A stretch of DNA of 64,000 nt from Bdellovibrionales bacterium. Lineage in GTDB: Bacteria; Bdellovibrionota; Bdellovibrionia; Bdellovibrionales; JAUICD01. The DNA is taken from positions 528,830-592,829 of the forward strand of contig OZ253553.1 in assembly GCA_965262715.1 (NCBI GenBank). Reading direction: 5' to 3'. Made by a program: the position numbers and the translations under genes. How positions within the stretch are numbered: position 1 is the stretch's first letter; each line of letters starts with the position of its first letter. This document shows, one piece after another, positions 27,551-35,793 of the stretch. Under the pieces are notes generated by a model. The model worked only from the letters and a program-made list of their open reading frames with translations. It was not told where the DNA came from and made no database searches.

Positions 27551-27650
27551 TATCTTTAAAAAAAGATATTTAGATATAATTTGACTATTTATATCCTTAA
27601 ATAAGGTTATTATATATTATTCTATTTGTTTTTATCCTTAAAAAAGGATA
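27551..27650 (+). promoter_or_regulatory. three phased HipB-type operators overlapping a candidate hipBA promoter
   Basis: Operators TATCT-N8-AGATA (27551-27568), TATCC-N8-GGTTA (27592-27609) and TATCC-N8-GGATA (27633-27650), each start 41 bp apart. Candidate promoter is TTGTTT (27626-27631), 17 nt, TATTAT (27649-27654). Confidence 0.65.
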
Positions 27651-27676
27651 TTATTATAAAAAAAAGGGTTATTTAT

Positions 27677-27910
27677 ATGAAAAAAGGTATTGAAGAAACA
27701 GAGGTATCAAGATTTGGTTTGTTCATTAAACAAAAGCGTAAAAATAGAGGTATAACTCAAAAGGAGTTAGCTAGGCATGCAAGGGTCAGTTTTACATTGG
27801 TCAATCGTATAGAAAATGGAGATATAAAATTAAATATATCTTCTGTAAATAAAGTTTTGAAAGTTTTTGGATGCGCACTTGCCCCTGTTCGTTTAGAGAT
27901 TAAAGAATGA
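27677..27910 (+). CDS. hipB: XRE-family HTH antitoxin HipB
   Basis: 77 aa from ATG 27677. HTH segment GITQKELARHARVSFTLVNRIENG. Its stop overlaps the hipA start (ATGA). Confidence 0.8.
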   Translation: MKKGIEETEVSRFGLFIKQKRKNRGITQKELARHARVSFTLVNRIENGDIKLNISSVNKVLKVFGCALAPVRLEIKE

Positions 27911-29310
27911 AAAATATTGCAAATGAAGAGAATTATATGTCAGAGATAAAAAAAATAATAAATACAAAGAAGGCTTGGGTTTATTTAAGAGATATTCTAG
28001 CAGGGGAGCTTGAAAAATCCGATGAGGCTTCTGTAGTTTTTAAATTCACTTATTTTAAAGATTATTTAGAAAGTCAAAACCCAGAAATAGCTCGAGCTTT
28101 TCCTAAAAGAAAAGAATCTTATATCAGTTCAGATTTACACCCTTTTTTTGATAATCTTATTGTTGAAGGATGGTTATTAACATATACAGAAAAACTTTTA
28201 CATATTCATAAATTAGATCGTTTCAAACTGCTTATGGCTACAGGAAGCGCTCCTATTGGGGCTGTAAGTGTGAGACCTGTTTATAATCAACAACCTATCA
28301 ATATGACTGAAGTTCTTTTTAATAAAAACACAGAAGTTCACTTTATTAAAGAACCTAATAAGATGAGAGATACATTTCATTTTTGTCCATCTTGTTTTCG
28401 GGAATTAGGAGGGGATGAAGTGCATAGAAAGTGTACTATAGCTATGTGGGGCACAACAAGAAAGTTGAAATTAAAAATAAATAAAGATAGTCCTGATGAA
28501 ATGTTTGGATCTACTATTTATGGAGGTTCTATATCTGGTCATCAAAAAAAGGGAATGTTTAAAATCAACAGCAGGACAGGTGAATTGGTACCTACACCTG
28601 ATAGAGCAACTCATATCTTAAAGCCATCTGGACATTTACCAGAGTTGCCAGAAAATGAACATGTCACAATGGCTATTGCAAAAGCTTTGAAATTTCCTAC
28701 ACCTTCGTTTGATTTGTTGGAATTTGAAGGCATAGGGAGAGTGTTTGCCACTGCTCGCTTTGATCGCAGTTTGGATGGAATGAGATTGCCATTGATGCAA
28801 GAGGATATGTGTCAGGTTATAGGGGTTTCAAGTGATAGAAAATATGATCTAAGTTATGAGAAGATTGCAAAAGCAATTAGAAAACACAGCTTGGCGCCTT
28901 TGGTTGATCTTTATGATTTTTATCGTAGGTTTGTTTTTTGTTATCTTGTGCTTAATGGGGATATGCACTTAAAAAATTGGTCTTTACTTGAAAGTCAAAA
29001 AGAGTTAGGTAGCTTTGTATTAGCGCCCTGTTACGATCTTTTAAATACAAGAATTTTTTTATCAAGAGAGTTAACGGATATAGCTCTACAGTTGAATGGA
29101 AAAGATAGGAATCTTACTAAAAAGGATATTTCCTATTTTGGTAAAGATATTGGTCTTAGTGCTGAAACTATTGAACTTATTTTTAGCGAGCTTTCAAGCT
29201 GGTTGGAGGTGATTAAAAAATACATAAATTTGTGTTTGCTTAGTAAGAAGTCAAAAGAAGCTTACCTTGAAGGTGTTTATAAAAGGTATAACATTTTATT
29301 AAAGAAATAA
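27907..29310 (+). CDS. hipA: HipA-family serine/threonine kinase toxin
   Basis: MQEDMCQVIGVSSDRKY and NGDMHLKNWSLL match the HipA C-terminal kinase motifs. N-terminal coupling region present. CxxC...HxxC element FCPSCFRELGGDEVHRKC. Confidence 0.8.
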   Translation: MKNIANEENYMSEIKKIINTKKAWVYLRDILAGELEKSDEASVVFKFTYFKDYLESQNPEIARAFPKRKESYISSDLHPFFDNLIVEGWLLTYTEKLLHIHKLDRFKLLMATGSAPIGAVSVRPVYNQQPINMTEVLFNKNTEVHFIKEPNKMRDTFHFCPSCFRELGGDEVHRKCTIAMWGTTRKLKLKINKDSPDEMFGSTIYGGSISGHQKKGMFKINSRTGELVPTPDRATHILKPSGHLPELPENEHVTMAIAKALKFPTPSFDLLEFEGIGRVFATARFDRSLDGMRLPLMQEDMCQVIGVSSDRKYDLSYEKIAKAIRKHSLAPLVDLYDFYRRFVFCYLVLNGDMHLKNWSLLESQKELGSFVLAPCYDLLNTRIFLSRELTDIALQLNGKDRNLTKKDISYFGKDIGLSAETIELIFSELSSWLEVIKKYINLCLLSKKSKEAYLEGVYKRYNILLKK

Positions 29311-29340
29311 AAAATATCAATTATTATTTATACAAAGTTA

Positions 29341-29505
29341 TTTTCCGGGAAACAGGCAACCCGGCAGTCAGTTTCCGGGATCCATTCAGTCCATTCTTGA
29401 GAGCTAGATTATAGTTTATCTAAAAAGATATAGATGAAACTTTCTACTTTCTTAATTCCTAAATCCCGGAGTTCAGTTTCACAGAGACCGGATTCCGGGT
29501 AAAAA
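29341..29505. repeat. GC-rich palindromic repeat, split into two halves by an ~80-bp AT-rich insert
   Basis: ttttccgggaaacaggcaacccggcagtcagtttccgggatcc ... aaatcccggagttcagtttcacagagaccggattccgggtaaaaa. Confidence 0.7.
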
Positions 29506-29739
29506 GAAGTTCTAGAAGCCATCTCAAAAATGCAGCTAGAGATAACAATTTTAGAAAAAATACCAGCTTTATATTATACAAAGAATTCCATGAGATGGCC
29601 TTTACTCAAAATGAATAGAAGACAAGCCTCTCGAGGCAAGCCTTTTTGAGGATTGCCCATGAAATAAATCTAGGTACTGATCCGATGGCAAGAATAAAGT
29701 TTCCCTAACATTGTGTTAAGAAACAAGAAGATCCTCCCT

Positions 29740-32700
29740 ACTAAAATGCATTAGCCTTTCTAGGCAGTAAGCTATTTGCTGACGATGTGAACCGCCTGAG
29801 CTGACTACCAGAAAGTCGCCAGAGGCTAGCCTCGAGAGGCGAGATGCATTTTAGAGAAAAAAAAGCAGGTTCATTTTGAGGAAGACAGCTTTTTTATATA
29901 AGAAATTAGAGGTAATAGGTACAAATGTTCATAGACTTTTACTGAAACAGCACGATTCCCTTAACATGATGTTAAATAATGAGGAGTATCTGGTTTACTA
30001 AAATGCATCAGGCTTTCCAGGTAGTCAGCTATTTGCTGACGATGTGAACCGCCTGAGCTGACTACCAGAAAGTCGCCAGAGGCTCGCCTCGAGAGGCGAG
30101 ATGCATTTTAGTGAAAAAAAAGCAGGTTTATTTTGAGGAAGACAGCTCTTTTATATAAGAAATTAGAGGTAATAGGTACAAACGTTCATAGACTTTTACT
30201 GAAACAGCACGATTCCCTTAACATGATGTTAAATAATGAGGAGTATCTGGTTTACTAAAATGCATCAGGCTTTCTAGGTAGTCAGCTATTTGCTGACGAT
30301 GTGAACCGCCTGAGCTGACTACCAGAAAGTCGCCAGAGGCTCGCCTCGAGAGGCGAGATGCATTTTAGTGAAAAAAAAGCAGGTTTATTTTGAGGAAGAC
30401 AGCTCTTTTATATAAGAAATTAGAGGTAATAGGTACAAACGTTCATAGACTTTTACTGAAACAGCACGATTCCCTTAACATGATGTTAAATAATGAGGAG
30501 TATCTGGTTTACTAAAATGCATCAGGCTTTCTAGGTAGTCAGCTATTTGCTGACGATGTGAACCGCCTGAGCTGACTACCAGAAAGTCGCCAGAGGCTCG
30601 CCTCGAGAGGCGAGATGCATTTTAGTGAAAAAAAAGCAGGTTTATTTTGAGGAAGACAGCTCTTTTATATAAGAAATTAGAGGTAATAGGTACAAACGTT
30701 CATAGACTTTTACTGAAACAGCACGATTCCCTTAACATGATGTTAAATAATGAGGAGTATCTGGTTTACTAAAATGCATCAGGCTTTCTAGGTAGTCAGC
30801 TATTTGCTGACGATGTGAACCGCCTGAGCTGACTACCAGAAAGTCGCCAGAGGCTCGCCTCGAGAGGCGAGATGCATTTTAGTGAAAAAAAAGCAGGTTT
30901 ATTTTGAGGAAGACAGCTCTTTTATATAAGAAATTAGAGGTAATAGGTACAAACGTTCATAGACTTTTACTGAAACAGCACGATTCCCTTAACATGATGT
31001 TAAATAATGAGGAGTATCTGGTTTACTAAAATGCATTAGCCTTTCTAGGCAGTAAGCTATTTGCTGACGATGTGAACCGCCTGAGCTGACTACCAGAAAG
31101 TCGCCAGAGGCTAGCCTCGAGAGGCGAGATGCATTTTAGAGAAAAAAAAGCAGGTTCATTTTGAGGAAGACAGCTTTTTTATATAAGAAATTAGAGGTAA
31201 TAGGTACAAATGTTCATAGACTTTTACTGAAACAGCACGATTCCCTTAACATGATGTTAAATAATGAGGAGTATCTGGTTTACTAAAATGCATCAGGCTT
31301 TCTAGGTAGTCAGCTATTTGCTGACGATGTGAACCGCCTGAGCTGACTACCAGAAAGTCGCCAGAGGCTCGCCTCGAGAGGCGAGATGCATTTTAGTGAA
31401 AAAAAAGCAGGTTCATTTTGAGGAAGACAGCCCTTTTATATAAGAAATTAGAGGTAATAGGTACAAACGTTCATAGACTTTTACTGAAACAGCACGATTC
31501 CCTTAACATGATGTTAAATAATGAGGAGTATCTGGTTTACTAAAATGCATCAGGCTTTCTAGGTAGTCAGCTATTTGCTGACGATGTGAACCGCCTGAGC
31601 TGACTACCAGAAAGTCGCCAGAGGCTAGCCTCGAGAGGCGAGATGCATTTTAGTGAAAAAAAAGCAGGTTCATTTTGAGGAAGACAGCCCTTTTATATAA
31701 GAAATTAGAGGTAATAGGTACAAACGTTCATAGACTTTTACTGAAACAGCACGATTCCCTTAACATGATGTTAAATAATGAGGAGTATCTGGTTTACTAA
31801 AATGCATCAGGCTTTCTAGGTAGTCAGCTATTTGCTGACGATGTGAACCGCCTGAGCTGACTACCAGAAAGTCGCCAGAGGCTAGCCTCGAGAGGCGAGA
31901 TGCATTTTAGTGAAAAAAAAGCAGGTTCATTTTGAGGAAGACAGCTCTTTTATATAAGAAATTAGAGGTAATAGGTACAAACGTTCATAGACTTTTACTG
32001 AAACAGCACGATTCCCTTAACATGATGTTAAATAATGAGGAGTATCTCGTTTACTAAAATGCATCAGGCTTTCTAGGTAGTCAGCTATTTGCTGACGATG
32101 TGAACCGCCTGAGCTGACTACCAGAAAGTCGCCAGAGGCTCGCCTCGAGAGGCGAGATGCATTTTAGTGAAAAAAAAGCAGGTTCATTTTGAGGAAGACA
32201 GCCCTTTTATATAAGAAATTAGAGGTAATAGGTACAAACGTTCATAGACTTTTACTGAAACAGCACGATTCCCTTAACATGATGTTAAATAATGAGGAGT
32301 ATCTGGTTTACTAAAATGCATCAGGCTTTTTAGGTAGTCAGCTATTTGCTGACGATGTGAACCGCCTGAGCTGACTACCAGAAAGTCGCCAGAGGCTCGC
32401 CTCGAGAGGCGAGATGCATTTTAGTGAAAAAAAAGCAGGTTTATTTTGAGGAAGACAGCTCTTTTATATAAGAAATTAGAGGTAATAGGTACAAATGTTC
32501 ATAGACTTTTACTGAAACAGCACGATTCCCTTAACATGATGTTAAATAATGAGGAGTATCTGGTTTACTAAAATGCATCAGGCTTTCTAGGTAGTCAGCT
32601 ATTTGCTGACGATGTGAACCGCCTGAGCTGACTACCAGAAAGTCGCCAGAGGCTCGCCTCGAGAGGCGAGATGCATTTTAGTGAAAAAAAAGCAGGTTCA

Positions 32701-33465
32701 TTTTGAGGAAGACAGCTCTTTTATATAAGAAATTAGAGGTAATAGGTACAAACGTTCATAGACTTTTACTGAAACAGCACGATTCCCTTAACATGATGTT
32801 AAATAATGAGGAGTATCTGGTTTACTAAAATGCATCAGGCTTTCTAGGTAGTCAGCTATTTGCTGACGATGTGAACCGCCTGAGCTGACTACCAGAAAGT
32901 CGCCAGAGGCTAGCCTCGAGAGGCGAGATGCATTTTAGTGAAAAAAAAGCAGGTTCATTTTGAGGAAGACAGCCCTTTTATATAAGAAATTAGAGGTAAT
33001 AGGTACAAACGTTCATAGACTTTTACTGAAACAGCACGATTCCCTTAACATGATGTTAAATAATGAGGAGTATCTGGTTTACTAAAATGCATCAGGCTTT
33101 CTAGGTAGTCAGCTATTTGCTGACGATGTGAACCGCCTGAGCTGACTACCAGAAAGTCGCCAGAGGCTCGCCTCGAGAGGCGAGATGCATTTTAGTGAAA
33201 AAAAAGCAGGTTCATTTTGAGGAAGACAGCTCTTTTATATAAGAAATTAGAGGTAATAGGTACAAACGTTCATAGACTTTTACTGAAACAGCACGATTCC
33301 CTTAACATGATGTTAAATAATGAGGAGTATCTCGTTTACTAAAATGCATCAGGCTTTCTAGGTAGTCAGCTATTTGCTGACGATGTGAATCGTCAGGCTG
33401 ACTACCAGAAAGTCGCCAGTCAGGCTGACTACCAGAAAGTCGCCAGAGGCGAGATGCATTTTAGT
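29740..33465 (+). repeat. tandem array of 14.5 x 257-bp noncoding units (15 palindromic modules, 14 spacers)
   Basis: The motif ctaaaatgcat recurs at 29741 + 257n for n = 0..14. Units differ only at a handful of SNP positions. No ORF of 60 aa or more on either strand, and 257 is not a multiple of 3. The leader 29510-29739 is homologous to 1094-1500 (reverse complement). Confidence 0.95.
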
Positions 33466-33546
33466 GAAAATAGTTAGATAAAGTTATGAACCACTGGAAA
33501 TGTTTATTAAGTTTTTATTTTTGAGACCAGTTCTAATTAAGTTGTA

Positions 33547-33858
33547 TCATGCTACTGTGACAGTTAAGTTAATGTGTGCATCTCTTAACTTGTCTTGGAG
33601 TGCAAGTTGAATCCAATATGCTTCTGGTTCTCCAATAGCACAAGCAATATTTTTTGCTGTTGTAGGAGATGGGATCTTCTTTCCTTTCTCAATATCAGAA
33701 AGACTTTGAACAGATAGTCCCAATAGAGCAGCACATTTACGTAAGGTTAAATTACGACATTGCCTTTCTGAAGCAATAGCAGATGCAAAAGTGAGTCTTC
33801 CAATATCTCGACTAAGTTCTTTTGTTCCATATTTTATCGTATATTTTTTCTTTGCCAT
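33547..33858 (-). CDS. XRE-family HTH protein (HigA-like, orphan)
   Basis: LTLRKCAALLGLSVQSLSDIEKGKKIPS helix-turn-helix; 103 aa; no credible partner ORF adjacent. Confidence 0.7.
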   Translation of the reverse strand: MAKKKYTIKYGTKELSRDIGRLTFASAIASERQCRNLTLRKCAALLGLSVQSLSDIEKGKKIPSPTTAKNIACAIGEPEAYWIQLALQDKLRDAHINLTVTVA

Positions 33859-33932
33859 TGTATTTCCTTTAATATTTGTGTTTGTGCACTCAAATTATAA
33901 TAATAAAATTTATATTTGCATCTATTTTTATG

Positions 33933-34018
33933 TTTTTTCCGGTAGTCCGGTAAACCGGTAGTCGGGCCATCAGTTCCCGGAAACCGGTTTCACGGAGGCC
34001 AGATCCCGGATAAAAAAA
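33933..34018. repeat. GC-rich palindromic intergenic repeat
   Basis: ttttttccggtagtccggtaaaccggtagtcgggccatcagttcccggaaaccggtttcacggaggccagatcccggataaaaaaa. Confidence 0.8.
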
Positions 34019-34072
34019 GAAACCTTTTGTAAAATATATTGTAACCTCTTGACTATTTGAATAAAAAACACA
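34005..34072 (+). repeat. 68-bp direct repeat, copy 1 (copy 2 at 34450-34518, upstream of dnaJ)
   Basis: cccggataaaaaaagaaa(a)c(c)ttttgtaaaatatattgtaacc.cttgactatttgaataaaaaacaca occurs at both positions with 3-4 differences. Confidence 0.85.
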
Positions 34073-34106
34073 TTCATTTTCCTTAAAATAAACTAACTTC
34101 TGTTTC

Positions 34107-34205
34107 ACTAAAATGCATCTGGCCTCTGGCCATTTTCTGGCGATGACCCTGACATGTTTACACTGTCAGTATGGTCATCGCCTGGAAAAATTGATGCATT
34201 TTAGT
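34107..34205 (+). repeat. hairpin-repeat module with canonical termini but a different internal stem
   Basis: actaaaatgcatc ... gatgcattttagt termini are identical to the array modules. The internal stem is ggcgatgaccctgacatg / (ca)tgtcagtatggtcatcgcc instead. Confidence 0.8.
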
Positions 34206-34417
34206 AGGGAGGATATCTTCATTGTCTTACGTCATGTTAGGGAAATCCTTGTTGTTTATCAGTCAGCCTGACGGGTCGTAGCGTCAGTAAAAAGCTGATT
34301 GCCTCAAAAATTCATTTATTTTAAGGAGGGAGATATTCTTTATGTTCTTACATCATGTTAAGGAAAACTTTCTATAATGTATTTTAAAGATTCATAACTA
34401 CTTAAACATTTTTCCAA

Positions 34418-34518
34418 GTTCCCAGAGATCGGATTCCCGGAGGCCATGTCCCGGATAAAAAAAGAAAACTTTTATAAAATATATTGTAACCCCTTGACTA
34501 TTTGAATAAAAAACACAT
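34418..34518 (+). repeat. partial GC-rich repeat plus 68-bp direct repeat copy 2
   Basis: ttcccagagatcggattcccggaggccatgtcccggataaaaaaagaaaacttttataaaatatattgtaaccccttgactatttgaataaaaaacaca. Confidence 0.8.
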
Positions 34519-34590
34519 CTTATAAGAGCGGATGTATCCAAATGGGGTCTATTCTTTCGTCTTATTATAAAGCAATAAATAGGTTTGAGT

Positions 34591-35718
34591 ATGCAAGAAG
34601 ATTATTATGATGTTTTAGGTGTTCCTCGTCAGGCTGGGCAGTCGGATATTAAAAAAGCTTACAGGCAGTTAGCATTAAAGTATCATCCTGATAGAAACCC
34701 TAATGACAAGAATGCTGAAGAAAAATTCAAAAAAGCTGCAGAGGCTTATGACGTGCTTGGTAATCCTGAAAAGCGCAGTCGGTATGATCAATTTGGACAT
34801 GCTGCATTTCAGCAGACTGGTGGTCAGTATTCTGGATCTATGAATTTAAACGATATATTTTCAAATTTTGGCGATGTTTTCGAAGACTTTTTCAGCGGAG
34901 GTATGGGAGGTGGAAGTTCAAGACAAAGATCAAGATCACACCAAGGGGCAGACCTTCGTTATACATTAGAAATTACAATAGAAGATGTCATCAATGGTTT
35001 TGAAGAGAGTATCGAGTTTGATTGTGAAGAAAACTGTTTGACATGTGAAGGTAGTGGAGCAGATCCAAAGCATGGCTTAGAGATATGTCAAAAGTGTAAC
35101 GGAACGGGACAAGTTGTTCGTTCTCAAGGTTTTTTTTCTATGGCCTCTACTTGCGCACATTGCAGAGGTCAAGGCCAGAGAGTTAAATACCCTTGTCATT
35201 CTTGTGGAGGGCAGGGCCGATCTGTAAAGCCTAAAAAGGTTGAGGTGAAGGTACCAAAAGGGGTGGATTCAGGGCTAAAATTAAGATATGAAGGTGAAGG
35301 GGAAGGTGGATATAATAAGGGTACTCATGGAGATCTTTATGTGGAAATCCATGTTCTAGACCATAAAGAGTTTGAAAGAAAAGATGATGATCTCTATGGA
35401 GAGGTTCATATCTCATATCTTCAGGCTATTTTAGGGACTCATATTCAGGTCAATACACTTGATGGCAAAAAGAAGCTTAAAATTCCTTTAGGTACACAAC
35501 CAAATCAACTGCTCCGGCTCTCTGGCTTAGGCATCCCTCACCTAGACTTAAAAAGCAGGTCTTTTATTAAAACCAAAGGACGTGGAGATTTACTTTTTAC
35601 TGTTTTTGTAGATTTGCCTAAAAAGCCTAAAAAGCAGGAAGAAAAACTTTTAAGACAAATTGCAGAAATGAAAAAGGAAGATATCAGTGAGTCTCTAGGT
35701 TTTCTTGGAAAAAGATAA
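34591..35718 (+). CDS. dnaJ: molecular chaperone DnaJ
   Basis: J domain DYYDVLGV...YHPDRNP. G/F-rich linker. Four CxxCxGxG zinc motifs ([32 protein letters not shown]). Confidence 0.95.
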   Translation: MQEDYYDVLGVPRQAGQSDIKKAYRQLALKYHPDRNPNDKNAEEKFKKAAEAYDVLGNPEKRSRYDQFGHAAFQQTGGQYSGSMNLNDIFSNFGDVFEDFFSGGMGGGSSRQRSRSHQGADLRYTLEITIEDVINGFEESIEFDCEENCLTCEGSGADPKHGLEICQKCNGTGQVVRSQGFFSMASTCAHCRGQGQRVKYPCHSCGGQGRSVKPKKVEVKVPKGVDSGLKLRYEGEGEGGYNKGTHGDLYVEIHVLDHKEFERKDDDLYGEVHISYLQAILGTHIQVNTLDGKKKLKIPLGTQPNQLLRLSGLGIPHLDLKSRSFIKTKGRGDLLFTVFVDLPKKPKKQEEKLLRQIAEMKKEDISESLGFLGKR

Positions 35719-35793
35719 GTTATACCTTGACTGATTGAAATTCATAACCACATTATTTGAGTGACCATAAAAAACTAAGAAGGAGGATAGAAA

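Noticed and set aside
29740-33465. CRISPR array, integron cassette array or ToxI-like type III antitoxin as explanations for the 257-bp repeats
   Set aside because: - CRISPR: the material between the palindromes is itself repeated, so there are no unique spacers. No cas genes are present.
- Integron: no intI and no recognisable attC core sites. The 140-bp inter-palindrome segments are identical and noncoding.
- ToxI-like antitoxin: those repeats are tens of nucleotides long and precede a toxN-type gene, which is absent here.
33890-34108. 72-aa minus-strand ORF upstream of the XRE gene, considered as a possible toxin partner
   Set aside because: Most of it is translated repeat DNA (PGSGLRETGFRELMARL). 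The same peptide arises at an unrelated locus, so it is not a conserved gene.
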